Under the pieces are notes generated by a model. It was not told where the DNA came from. It made no database searches and was given only the letters and a program-made list of their open reading frames with translations. The position numbers and the translations under genes are program-made. 64,000 nt of DNA from Lama guanicoe. Lineage: Eukaryota. The stretch is taken from positions 3,150,927-3,214,926 of the forward strand of contig MU053513.1 in assembly GCA_013239625.1 (NCBI GenBank). The letters are read 5' to 3'. Within the stretch, counting starts at the first letter, position 1. Every line of letters starts with the position of its first letter. Shown one piece after another: positions 24,066-37,668 of the stretch.

Positions 24066-26446
24066 CCAAAAGTGGTCTGTCAACCCTGTCTTGATCTTTG
24101 CCCTCTTCATGCAGCCAGACTTCCCCATCCTTCAAGCCCGAATCAAATCTCATTTGGCCTTTGATGCCTTTCTGAACCACCTTAATCTACTGTAGTTTCC
24201 CATACTTGAATTTCAGCCATTACTGTTTACAAAAATCTTTGGTTGTTAATCACATCCTATCTGGTGATATTTCTTCTAACATTAACTTGTCCTATTACCC
24301 AAATCTTTATTTTGCCTTTCATTTTTGGCCTTACTTCCCAAATAGATCACAACTTCCTGGCTTATTTTTTCCTTTACATCCTTCACCTCTCTGTGCCCCA
24401 AGCAAGGACACACAGCAACTCAGGAGAGGTAACTAAGAATGCCAAGTGAGAAGGTGCTAGCAGTCACAAATTTATAAAATTGAAAATCAGATTTCCTACA
24501 ATTTCCTACCATCCACCGCATGTCATATTCTCAGGTCATCTTATACTTGTTTATAAGGCATATATAATATCTTAGTCTTTGTTAATTTTTAATCAGTAGA
24601 GTGATTACTTGATTTAGGTGGGTCTTGCAGTCCATGTTTAATGACAAGAGTGGCCTATAATTACCCCTGTGGGTGTTCTCAGTTGATTAAAATATCAGTG
24701 ATGCTTTCCTTCTGAATGAAAGCTGCTTTATTTCCAACATGATTTAAAGAAAAAAATCACTATGTACAGTATTTTTAATCAGTCACTGTACATTATATTT
24801 ATCTAATACTTTTTCTCATTAAAGATGACTCACTGACTTAATGCTATTTTTTCACTTCACCACCCCACTTTATTTTACCTTTATTTTTATTAAATTGAAA
24901 TGAACAGGATTTGGTAAATAAATCCATTTTATCTCATAGATGAAGAAATCTGGATTTTTAAGGGTATCAAATATTTAAATAACTGAGTTTGCAGTTTTTA
25001 CTGACACTTTTGTAATTAAGAAATGGTAAGAAGTTATATTCTAAATAATGGCATATAGTCCAAATAAGATTAGTCTTCCCTTCCAAGTGGTGAATTCAAG
25101 CAGTCTTTAGGACAAGCATGGCATGATTAAGACACTAGAAAAATGTCATTTCCTTTATCTCTTACCAGCTTACATTTTAAATGAGTTATTCACAGCTTTC
25201 TCTGTGTTTGAATTATAATAAAAATTTGCCATTTAAAAATAGGTGAGAATTATAAACCACCTCTCTCCTGATAAACTAGCCTTTCTGTATTTTCAGCTGA
25301 AGGATGTGTATAAGCACAGCCACTGGATGAACCCAAAATGTTAAAAAAAAAAAAAACCTATCTTTGTCTAAACACATAAAAAATGTTTCATACCTATGTC
25401 TGCTCTTTTCTTTGACTTGTTTTTCTTTTTTTTTTTCCCACTATTTTTGGTATTCCCATTACCCCATTTTACCTCTTCCTTCTTTTACACCATCCTTTAC
25501 CCTGTTCCCCCCAGGAAAGTTTTTTGGTTTAAATTTAACAAGAAAATTAAAGACCAAGGGAGGTATTTTATTTTGAAAAAGTACTAGTTTGGCTCAAGTA
25601 TTTGTCTGAACAAAATGCAAATGCTCAAAGTAATTGACAAGATTTGGGAAGGGCCTGAGAGTTTACCCTACATGCAAACTAAGAAATTATCTGCACATGC
25701 TTGTGGCTGTGGGCTAAAGCCCAAGATCCTGGAGCCAGAGATAGAGGGCTGTTTAAAATTTACAGGCTTGGGACTATTTACTACTCATAGCAATTCCTCA
25801 CAGGTAGAGTATCAACATTTGCACCCGTTCCCTAAGCTCAAATTTTCACAACATAATTTGAAAATGACCTACCTGCACTCACTGTGGGTTGTATCCAGCA
25901 GATGAATTCTAAGCTTAGGAAACTCAAACCTTTTATAATGGTCAATAAGCACGCTGGCATTTTGCTCCTGAGGAAAATTCTTTTTCCTCCAAGACTGATA
26001 GCTATACAAACATCCTTGAAAGATAATCCAGAACAAAGGCATTCAGTACCTCCATTTGCAAGATATACAGAAACTTAAAAAACCAAATTAAGACTTGTCT
26101 CCTACTAGCAATCATGTTCACTGTACATGTCATTATGAATTTGGTCTGATTTGGTACTCTGTACCTACTTTCAACAAATTAGGCAACTGGAAAAGCATAT
26201 GAGGCATTCAGTGGTCTTTGCTGACTGAATGTGAACTGCCTCAAATGATTTTTTAGGAAGCACAGTTTGTAAAAGTAACAATGATAATAAGTAATTCTAA
26301 AGCACACACAGGTTCAAAATATTTATTTCTCCTCCAAACCCCAGACAACATATTTCATCAAGACACTTTAATGCTTTAAAATGAAATATTTACCCAGTGA
26401 CTTCAGAAATATCTTATTTTATTTTCTGTCTGTTTCTTCTGCTATG

Positions 26447-26449
<3 letters not shown>

Positions 26450-26489
<40 letters not shown>
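26450..26489. repeat. (CA)n microsatellite
   Basis: About 20 CA units directly visible. Confidence 0.95.
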
Positions 26490-26491
<2 letters not shown>

Positions 26492-26659
26492 TCTATCCTT
26501 CTTTTGGACAGAGGTTACATAAAATGTCATTAAAGTTTTAGCTACGTAGAGAATAGCGCTTGAATCCCTGATGAGGAACTGATGCTCTGCTAAACATTTA
26601 AGGTGGACATAAAACTAAATAGGTTTTTTTTCCCCCTCTAAACTACACTTCTTGATTTC

Positions 26660-26691
<32 letters not shown>
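26660..26691. repeat. (CTTT)n microsatellite
   Basis: Directly visible. Confidence 0.9.
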
Positions 26692-29600
26692 ATTTTCGGC
26701 AAACCCAAATATTAATTTACCAGGGCCAGGAAAGAATTAGAGAATGGAGGGCCTTCTATTTGCAGAATTGCTTTTTCTGTTTCTGAATGACATGAAGCAG
26801 TCACACAGACATGGCTACTGCACAGATGTTAATAATATCTTAGGTGGACATCTGACTTAACCCTCCATTTACAGGCAAGTTTGTGCTGACTTAATCCATC
26901 TCAGAAAGGAGAGAATCCGTCATATTTGAAAAGGAAATTTTACGACATTCTTTAGTGACTCTCAGCTCCAGTACTTTGAATCTTTCCCAAATCCTCCTTT
27001 ATGTGAAACTTGACATTTCCCTTGCAACAAATTCAAGCTCTGTCATTACACACAACTCTGACCTCCCCATCTCTTTTTGGTCCCGCATTCCACTTGTGTT
27101 CTCCACATCCTCACTCCGGCGTCCCTGTGTGTCTGCGTGTCCAGGACACTGGGCCCTGAAATGTGTCTGGCAGTGAGCCTCTAATGAGACGTAAAATAAA
27201 CGCTTTCCATTTCCCTTCAGTGGTAAACTTCCTCTTCTTCTCAGGCTTCTCTTGTCTGCAACCAGGGAATGGTAGTGACATCACTAAACGTGTAATGCGT
27301 GGTGTGCTGTGGGGTCAGCGGAAGGGTAATTTCAAGGAAGCACGCCAACTGAGAAGACAAACCAGGGCTGGCATTGAGCAGGGACTCTCAGCAAAATGAT
27401 GCATTGGAGATGGCATTTCCGCAGGGTCCCAGGCGCCAAAGACCTCGTGCACCAACCCAGCCGTGCTAACAGTAGGCACACTAATGTCCTTCAGCGAGGC
27501 TTCAAGTGGTTTCTTTATGAATTAGGGATTGCATAATAATGAGATTTAGCCAAGAGTTCATCTTGAATGAAAGTGAAGACATGTTGTCAAATGAAATATT
27601 TCTGAAGTCTTGCAAAGCTTTCTTTTAGCTCCGCCCTCAGGCTAGAGGTGCCCAATTATCATTTTTGCTCAGGATGTTTTAAAGCTAACACCCAAGCTGA
27701 TCCTAGCAATAAGCAGTACTCCTTCTCCTAATTCAAAATGCTTCTGTGTTGCAGGAGGGGAAGGGCAGGTAAGAAGGGATATGTAGAAGAGTAAAAACAC
27801 AAACACAAAACAATGTCTTTCTAAAGCTATGACCAAGTCTAAGCGTGAGACGAGCCATAAAGATAATCTACTACATGACCTGATCCAACTCCATGCAGTT
27901 TTTTATCCCATTCCTCACCCCCCCACCTTTCTTCCCACCTCTGCATTTTTTCCACAGCCCATTCCTCCACCTGGATGTCTTCTCTTCTCTGCAGCAGTCA
28001 AAAATCAACTCATCTTTAAATGCCCAATTCAAAAGCTACACTGTACATGATGACATCCTAACAGGAAATATTTACTGGACAAATTCATTTGAGTTAGAAA
28101 TGGAGCCCCAAACAAGGCAAGCACAGTTCCTGGCCTTAGAGGACTTGCAGCATTCAATTCCTCTTTGAAACTCCTATGGACTTTACTGTAACTCTGACTC
28201 ACCTGGTGGTTAGGATATTCTTTGTATTGTGAGTTTTGTTGCTGGATCTTTTTGATCGGCCTGTTTAGAGATGTCACCATTCATAGAGACCCTGAGAAGG
28301 ATGTCAAGCCACAGAGCACATCTCCAGATACAGCAAAACTTAATTACCTCCGTGGTGGAATAGAGCCAAATAATACTGCAGTTTCAGTAAAATAAAATAA
28401 GAGTTATATAGAGAACTCTTCTGCCTCAATTCTCCTGGTTAAAAGATGCTTCTGAATGTGCTTGTACACTGTAAAAGAGCAATATTGCAAACAAAATGAA
28501 TATTTCTTTAAAGGCTGATATTTTCCAGGGTCATTTTCAGCAATAGTAGTTTTCACTAATAAGAACTATAGATGGAGGTGGGCTAGGAAATTGGGCTTTA
28601 TGTATACTAATCCAAAACCATGCTCAGGAACTCAGTGAAAAAATTCCTCTTACTGGTTACTGTCTTGGCATTGCTTCTTTTCATCAAACAAAAGTGCAAG
28701 AGGAAAAATCCAATTATTTGAACGTTATAGTCAGTTGGGTTTCCAGGAAGTGTATTTCCAGTCATTAGTCTGTTGGGCTATAGCTGGGCAAACTTCAACC
28801 ATGGAGAGATGCTCTCTGATCATCTGCCTGCGGTGGGGTGGATTATCTTTCATGGTATTTAATCAGTAACTGTGAGTTATTTATATTTCGAACAAATGGT
28901 ATTTAACAGTTTAATAAAGGACTCTGTCAACATGAGAGTAAAAAACATAATCAAACCAAGTAAAACATCAAACAAACACAATTATAATTGCATTATATAC
29001 TGGATAGATCTCTAATTGCTTCCTGGATATGTCTCATGTTTGTGTTAAGTCACAGGCTCCTTACGAGAAAGAGCTGTGCCTTTTCTTTCTCTGATTTCCT
29101 CTGAAAAGCTTAGTATGATGCAAGACACGTAATCAAGTCCTGATTGAAAATATTATGGAGTCCCCTCCCTCAATACATAATTGAGCATAGAAATCCTACT
29201 AAAACTCAAATTAGCTAGAAGAAAGTTCAACAAAGCCCTTGTTTGGTTTTTATAATGAAAATTACCTTGCTGTTTTAAATACATATTTGCCCACCCTTGT
29301 TTCTTTTTTGTGCCCCTATTTCGTTGATGCTTTTTGAATACAGCTCGCCTACTGGGTAAGCCAGCATTGCCTATAACCACATTGGAAAAAATAAACAAAG
29401 GCATTTTATACGCACAGAGACCTGGGCAGAATCTCAATAACTGGTTCTGAACCCCAGGTCACTTCTCTTAAGGGAAATGCTTCATTAAGGTATAAATATA
29501 CTATTGAGTAGCCATACCAGACCATTCGTCCTAGAAAATAAAATTTCTTGGACAATGTGGTTTTCATCACTCATATTTGGAAACAAGCCCTCTTAATATT

Positions 29601-30987
29601 CCTGCCCAAATCAATGAAATTCCTAAAAGTTGAAAGGTTTTCACAATCTATATTGTTTCACAATTGTATGAATGTACTTAAAATTGAAGATGCCTAAGAA
29701 AGAAAAATAAAGCAACTAAGAATCCATTGTCAAAAAAGTTACTTCTACTGCCAGAAGAGAATAGTTTCGATTCCATTTTCATATCCAAAGTATCGCTGTG
29801 TACTATAGTTCCCCTCAAGCCGATATAACTTGTTTACCAGCAAATTTCAAAGTTAGAGCAAACTTTTTACAGCACTCTTTCATTGCAACTCCTGGTTTTC
29901 AAAGCCTGTATCACCCTGTGTTATATTTTTTAAAGTAAATATCTTCTATTCAAATTCTTATGCATCATCTAAATTGTGTTTCTTATCATGGTTGTGGTTG
30001 CAAATCCACTGAGTTTAAAAACAAATATGATTTTCAAAGACACTGTGTTGCTCTAACAAAGGGAACATTGTCCATCTTCCCTGACAGCCTCTCTCTAATT
30101 AAAGAGGCCCTGATGCTCTGCATAGTGCCAGGCTCCTTAAACACCCCCTCCCACCTGCTGTTTTCACTGCAGAAACAGTGGAGAAAACAATTTGTAGCTT
30201 ACTGGGGTCTCCTTCCTAGATGAAAATTTAATATTGTCCCAGAAGGGATAAGGAAGCAAAATTTCCTAATGGGACATACATTTTTTATTTTAAAATATCA
30301 CTGGCTGGAAGATTTGGCTTAAAAACGGGCTCCCTTTACCACCATTTCTAAACTATTTTTTTGCCTTTTTTTTTTTCAAACAGTGGCCTTCCACTTATTT
30401 TATCCGTACTGATAAACCATTTCTGAGATTCTATCTTCCAAAATCTGGCTCTACAAAAACACAAAAGCTGAGAGATCATCTCATGGCTAGAAAGGGCAAC
30501 TTCCAACTTCCTTACTTTCTAAATATCATCCTAATATGGACATTTTACACAAACAACCAAAGATATGCTGGTCTATTTTGCAATCATACTGTTCCACATT
30601 AGGGTTTACAGTGGGAAAGCATCCCTCTATTTCTGTAAGCTTAATTTAGATATTTGCTTGGTGAAGCTCATGTCTAGAGCACTTCATATGTGTACACATA
30701 TCTATACATGTTTATACAAAGAATGCAGTGATGTTTAACAAAACACCACGCTATTTCTAATTTCTTTCCATTTCTTTATGAGAACCATTTCTTCAGTTAG
30801 AGGTAAATCATAGTATATTCTAAGTTAGGACAAAAGTTACAGCAGTAGAAGTACTCTAAATATTCATGATTTAAAGATTCTGAGATAGTTCATTCCTGTT
30901 CTGTCAGTTGACCTTCACAGCAAGTGTGTGGATCAAACAGCTGAAAAACTTTAAGGGGTGTTACATAGTCCAATTCTCATGCTCTCA

Positions 30988-31212
30988 AGCAGAGATTGGC
31001 AAAATTTTCCTGTAAAGGGCCAGATAATAAATGTTTTCAACTTTGTGGACTTAATGGTCTCTGTTGCAACTAACCAACTCTGCCATTGTAGTGCAAAAGT
31101 AACCAGAGACAATATATTAATGAATGAGTATCACTGTGTTCCAACAAAATTTTATTTGCAGAAACAGTCAGTTGACTTAATGTTTGGTAGGCTGTAATTT
31201 GCCAACTTCTGT
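30988..31212. mobile_element. MER58A-like hAT element
   Basis: cagagattggcaaaattttcctgtaaagggccagataataaat ... ggctgtaatttgccaacttctg (inverted termini). Confidence 0.85.
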
Positions 31213-31914
31213 TCCAAACCACTATGCTTTGGTCCTGAGAAGGTGGAAGTCACAAGATTACTACAGACCAATTAAAATGTTGGTCTTAAAGAGAGGAAGA
31301 CATTAGAGCTTGAGCTATCAAAAAAAAGGCTTCATGGAAGAGGAAGCATGTTAGCAGGGCCTGGAAGATTGGTTAGATCTATACGTGGGCACAAGAGGGT
31401 TGGGTATTTCATGCAAAGAGAGCAATATGAACAAAACTCTGCAAACAGGATGAAGAGTGGGCTATGTTCAGGAAGATTAGGTGGTTCAGTTTGACTGAGA
31501 CACAGATATGTGAAGAGGTCCCTGAGATCGGAAAGGTGGAATTTTCCTCAGATAAAAATATCTTGAACTAAAAGATAAAATCTCATTCTACAAAAATTAG
31601 AAACCCTTATATGTTGTGGTTAGAAGAATAGCATGAGAGTGGAAGTAATTATTCATTCTTCTTTATGATGATCAGAGAAAGTTGTGCCAGAGGGGCTGAG
31701 AGTTGAGCTGGTCCTCATGAGTGAAGACACATTTCTAGCCATAGCAGGGAACTGACCTGACACAGAAAGACTCCACTGAAAAACAGGCTCAAAAGGCTGT
31801 ACCCACTAGACTAACGCAGTGCTAAGACAGCTTGCCATTTACCTACACCATGAGTGGAAAAGAGTCAACTAGGAATCAGAAACCCAAAGCTATATGGTGT
31901 ATTCATAATATGGT

Positions 31915-32390
31915 ATATTGTGATCTGTTAGTCAGGGATTCAGGTTGAGCCTGGCCAGATGATTCTTCTGCTCCACTTGAGGCTGGAGTCATTTGCATTC
32001 ATCTGGTGACTCAACTGGGCTGAGTGAGGCAAAGGTCTAAGAACTCTTCACTCACATATTTCATTGCGTTGGTGCTCCTCCAGTCAGCCTCTCCCTCTAC
32101 ACGTAGATAGCATGGACTTCCTTACAGCATGGTGGTCTCACAGCAGTCAGGAGTCTAACATGACTGGCCTCCAAGAGGGAGCATTTCAAGTGGTGAAGGT
32201 GAAAGTTGGGAATGTCTTAAGGTTCAGTTGCACACATTCTGTTAGTTTAAGCTAATTACAGGGCAGCCTAGAATCAGGGGAAGGGGGAATAAACTCCACC
32301 TCTTGATGAGAGACTGGCAGGATCACTTTGCAAAAGAGCTTGTAGGAGGGGCGATATTGCTGTGGTGTTCTCTGAAATACAATCTACCAT
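31915..32390 (-). mobile_element. MLT-type (MaLR/ERVL) LTR fragment
   Basis: ggacttccttacagcatggtggtctca; actccacctcttgatgagag; aaatacaatctacca. Confidence 0.65.
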
Positions 32391-32399
32391 AGAAGTTAA

Positions 32400-34000
32400 A
32401 TATACAAATTAGGCCAGGACCAGTGAAACCTCTAGGGACCTCACAGAAGCAAACTCAAAACCACTTCCGTAACCCAGGTTTTATGGGATTCACATGGAAA
32501 ACAAACCCAGCTGAAAATGCTCTTATGATCAAAAATTATGAATCACACAGGGAAACAGAAGGTAGACAAAGCAGAGAATGGAAACTGCACACTGTGACCT
32601 GGGATAACAAAAGAAAATGAAAGAGACTTTAAACACATTTAAAATGTACAAGGAGCTAAAGGTAGAAACAGAAAACATAAGGCAGGATCTAAGTAGCATA
32701 TAAAACAAACAGGCATGTTTGAAAAGTATTAAATTGAAATTTTAACAGTGAAAAACATATTCATTGAAATAAAAATCCTTAACAGGTGAAAAAAAAATTA
32801 ATGAAATGAAAGATAGCCCTAAGGAAGTTACCAGGACAGGTGTAAGTACAAAGAAATGTAAGTATTCAAAACACAATATGTAAAAAGGGTATTAATAAAT
32901 TAGAAAATTAATAAGAAGTCTAACATATATCTAATAAAAATTCCAGAAGGAAAGAATGGAGAAGATGAAGAACCAAGATCCAAAGAAGGAATGGCTGAGA
33001 ACTCTCCAGAATTGAAGAAAAAAGTCATTATGTAAGTAAGTCAACATAGCTCACACCAAATTTCAAGCTCGATAAATAAAAAAAATTCACAACTCTATAT
33101 ATCTTAGTGAAAACGTGCAACCTCCAAAAGAAAAAGTAAACCTTCAAAGCTACTGTAAGAAGGAAAAGACATAATAGCAACTGGACTGACCAAGTTCCCC
33201 TCAGCAACAATCAGTAGATAATACAATAATACATTTAAAGTATGAGGGAAAATGACTGTCAACCCAGAAATCAGTGTGGCACTAAACTACTATTCATAAG
33301 GAGGGCAGAAAAGCTCATGTTGTAAAGAACAGAAACCATCAAATTCAATCCTCTTTTTTTTTTATTCAACTTAATTGAAACATACTTTACGTACAATAAA
33401 GGCTACCCATTTTAAGAGTATAGTTTGATAAATTTCGACAAATAAATGCAACTTTGTAACTCCTATTAACGACCAAGGTACAGAACTTGTCCCTCACCAT
33501 GAAAGGTTTCCTGGCACTCCTTCCAGTCAATTCCTCCACCCAACCCTTGTGCCCTAGTAACCACTGATCTGCTTTCTGTCACTACAAATTGAATTTTTTT
33601 CTAGAGTTTTTAAATGAAATTCTATGCATTTAATCTTTCTGTCTGGTTTCTTCCACTCAGTTGAATGTTTCTGAGATTCATCCATGTCAGATGTATTACT
33701 AGTTTGTTCATTTTTATTGCTGAATAATGTTCTACTGTACAGAAAAGAAAACTGAGACTTCAATGTTAACTTCAGGCAGGAAAAAATTCAAGCCAGAAAG
33801 TACTATTAGGGTTAAAGGGAGACTTTACACAATGATAAGAAGCCCACAACACCAAGGAAGTAGTATAAATGTGAATTTTCACGCTTCCAACAATACAACT
33901 GTGAGATATTTAAAGTAAAAGTTGACAAAATCACTAGGAGGAATTTTTAAATTCACCATCACAATATGATTTTTAAAAGACACTTCTCTCAAAAAGGAAT
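32400..34000. mobile_element. Old L1 fragments: a + strand ORF1/ORF2-start-like piece interrupted by a minus-strand L1 3' piece at about 33355-33740
   Basis: A-rich degraded L1 text (ttccagaaggaaagaatggag; ctccagaattgaag; tgactgtcaacccagaa) and antisense 3' text (aaccactgatctgctttctgtcact; tctgagattcatccatg). Confidence 0.7.
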
Positions 34001-35086
34001 AGATCAGTCAAAAGTGAGAAAGGAAACAGAAGATGGGGGAGAGGAAGTGGTGAAATTTACAATAAAACGTCAGTGGACGCTTCCTTGAGAAAGTCATTTA
34101 TTTGTACATGCTTACATGGCAAAGCACAATCACCTAGCTCCACTAAGAACGGGGTTGGTGTGAAGGGGTTAATACTATTAGCAGTTTCATATGACACTGG
34201 TGACCATGCTTCTAGGGAAGATTTTAAAACAGCAATTGAATGCTTTTTCCTCCTCCGTGAAATAAAGACCAAAATAACACCAGTAATCAATGACAGTGAC
34301 TGAGCACTCAGCATGTATCAGGCCATATGCTAAAAACTGTACAGGCATCATCTCTTTTACTTCTTGCACCAACTTTTGAGTTCACAGAAGAGGAGACTGA
34401 GACTCAAAGAGGAGGCTAGAGAGTAGCAATACAGGGACTGGAATTCCTGAGCTTGGGTCTAACTCAGTACTTAACACATCCAGACCACGTCGTGTCAACC
34501 CAAAACCAAGAGTTCACAAACTTCCATCTTTAATTGGCTCTTCTGACAGCATTGCTCATTCCTGACCCAAAACCCTACTAAATCACAGGCCATTTCATTC
34601 TTATTCAAACTGTGCAGCAAAGCCTCAGCTGGATTATTTCTCATGTAAAACCTTCCATCTGCAGAGAAGCAAGACAGGCTTTTTTTTTCAGCAGTCTGCC
34701 TGGGGCTGGCCTTGGGATGGAAGTGAGAGGCAGCAGGGTGCACTGCAGTGGCTGACAATGAAATGCTAGAGATGGGAGCTGGGGGATGACGTGCAGATAC
34801 AGCACATCAAAGGATGAGGAGCGGCCTGAAAACAGGCGGCTCAGGGTAGACCCGGCTCCCTGCTGCCAGAGGTGGGACCGGGAAGCTGCAATGGCCCTTG
34901 CTTAACCGCTCTCCGATCCCACTATCCGACCACCCATAACCGAAGAGCCAATGTCTTACACTGCATTTGCCTGGATCTCTGCTTCCTGTGACCTTGATTC
35001 TTACCTCATCCCTGGATCATCTTGCAAGAAAAAATAAATACATTCACACTCCAGTTCTCATGGGTTTTAGAAAGCTATAAAAACTA

Positions 35087-35218
35087 CATTTTTGGGGGGT
35101 GGAGGGTTGGGGGAGGTAATTTGGCTTATTTATTTATTCTTAGAGGAGTTATTGGGGATTGAACCCAGGACCTCATGCATGCTAAGCATGTACTCTACCA
35201 CTGAGCTATACCCTCCCC
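35087..35218 (-). mobile_element. tRNA-derived camelid SINE (Vic-1-like)
   Basis: ggggattgaacccaggacctcatgcatgctaagcatgtactctaccactgagctataccctcccc. Imperfect TSD TAGAAAGCT.TA.AAACTA at 35068-35086 and 35219-35237. Confidence 0.88.
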
Positions 35219-35694
35219 TAGAAAGCTGTACAAACTAGAACCTGAATGAATCCCACGTTTGCGTTACCTGACCTAAATTTAGGTTTACGAAAACAGCTTT
35301 TCCATAATCTGAATTATGTCTTACACAAGAATAGAAAGGAGTAACTCATTGGTATTCTGCAGAGAGCTTGTCATTTTCTGCAGAAACATTATGAGAGGGC
35401 ACAAATAAAAAACTTGGAAGATAAACATTACCCTTAGCTTTTGCCAAATACTGTGCATGTTGGCCACCTAGTATGAGGTCTGGCATGTGGCTGGTGCAAA
35501 ATGAATGTTTGGTGACAACAATGAGTAATTATGACATTTTAAGGGCCTGGAGCAAAACTATCTGTTGAATTAAGTGAAATGAGTGCTATACTGTGTTTAC
35601 ATGAGCAAAATAAAGGGATAGATGAACAATTGTTAAGTGAATTTAATTAGCCTGGATCATCAGCTGCCTAGATTCAAATGCCCATTCTTCCGTG

Positions 35695-36142
35695 TGTCGA
35701 CAAAAAATTAATCAGTCCATCTAAGAAAGAAATGGAAAATTTTAATCTAGCCAAATTTGCGATTATAACCTGGGAAGAACATCTCAGAAAGCTCTAAGAA
35801 CTGTTCCGCCTGTTAGAGATCAAGACACAGTTGTATAGGTTTTCTGAGACACAGGGCTGTATATTAAATGCAGACAGGTCACACAATCCAGATCTAAGCA
35901 TCATCACAGCCCCTTACAAGATCAAGAAGGAATGTTATCTTTAAGGAGTTGTCTTATTGATGCTAGAAGAATGTTGCTCTTTATGGTTAAGCAGGTATTT
36001 TTGCCTACGGGAAAGATTTGGTCCACGCATCACACAGATACACAATGCACAGTAGCGGGGAGAGAGGATCCCAAAGGGCAGAGAAAGAATTTTATGTTTA
36101 AATTGTTCTTGTCTGGCTACAAAATAGGAATTTTATTTCAAA
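35695..36142 (-). mobile_element. ERV1-class solo LTR (MER41-like) inserted into a MIR
   Basis: About 450-bp block with an LTR-like TGTCGAC left terminus. Flanks CGTG/TGTG fit a 4-bp TSD with CpG decay. MIR sequence breaks at about 35694 and resumes at about 36143. Confidence 0.7.
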
Positions 36143-37544
36143 TGTGTGATCTTGGCCATATTATTTGACTTTTCTGGGCCTCAGTTGTCTCCTCTGTGAA
36201 ATGGGCACTATAAGGTAATCTCCTTCTAGAGCTCCTCTGAGGATTACATTAAATTATCCATGTAAGCACGCGGCACAGCACCCAGCATGCAGAGAGCACG
36301 GAAATGTTGGCTCTTGTCTTTACTATTATTTCTTTAGGGCACTTCCTCTACTGTTTTACCTTTGTGAATAAAATGTAATCATAACAACTTTACAGAAGCT
36401 TTTCAGCTAGAGGGTTCTACACCCTTAAAACCCAAAACTCCACACCAGAGCTAACTTCCTTCCCTCAGTTAATGGGATGGTTACTGTGGCCCAGGGTTAT
36501 GTAAACACTGAACTATTATCCTTTCTCCTCTTCACAGAAGATATTTGTCCTTAATGAAAACAGAAAACTGACACCCTAGTTAACATTTTCAGAAATATGG
36601 CCCTATTTTATGCACCACTTTTTCGTCAAAATAGATAAGCATGTAAGAAATGTTCTCACAGGCTGTGGGCTAAAAACAACTTTGGTTTTAGTATGAGAAG
36701 GAACAAAGAGTAGATTTTTACGAGGGAAGAATTTGCCTGTCTGTCCATGGTCACTGCAGCACTGGCCAGGGAAGCACTTAAATAAGAGAATACGCATAAG
36801 AACGCACAGCTGATTCCTCTCCTGATACCAAATTGCTCCTTCTGACATTGTCCTCTAAACATCATGTGATGTAGAGGAAAGAACATAAATCAAGCAGACC
36901 TGGATTCAAATCCTCAACCTTTTACTAGACTGTGATTTTCAGCAAGATAATCTTTCTAAACGAAGCCACAGTTTTTCATCTGTAAAGGGGCAACGTTTGT
37001 AGGACTGCTGCAAAAACTGGAGATAACAAATATAAAAATGGCCTGGCCCTAACTGCGCTCAAGAAATGGTACTTATTCATATGTAGATTTCTCAAAATTT
37101 TTATCATCTACAGTTTAGTTGATTCTTTTAAAATCAGCCCATACTTCCTCTTCCTCACATTTTTTGCATCTTTGAGTGTGAATGCAGAATGCTGTAGCAT
37201 GATGAGCTTATATTCTGGAAAGTGACAGATCTGGGTTCAGAGTCTTCTCTGATATGCTGAGAGAGGGTTTGCCCCAAGGCAGGCAAAAAAAGAAGAAAGG
37301 CTCTGACTTTTACTCGATGACCTTAGATAAGGAAGGACTTAACATCTCCAAGCCTTAATTTCTTAAATGGAAATAATAATAACAACAACAACAACTTGAA
37401 ATCAAATAGTTGTTAGGAGGATTAAATAGGGGCTCAGTTAAGGCTTTGTTTTCTCTGATCATCTCCCACAGAGAACTAAGTGCTAATGAGCACTTAGAAG
37501 GTAATAATAAAGAAGGATGAATAAATGATTGCATATACTGATTG

Positions 37545-37668
37545 AATAAATAAAGGAGAAGGAAGGAAAACAGAAGGAGGGAAGGAAAAAAATGAGGAAA
37601 GAAAAGTGAAGGAAGGAAGGGTAGGAAGAGGAAGAGAGGAAGGCAAACAGGGGAGGGATGGAGGAAAA
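37545..37668 (+). repeat. Purine-rich (GGAA/GGAG)-type low-complexity tract
   Basis: Nearly all A/G for about 120 bp. Confidence 0.85.
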
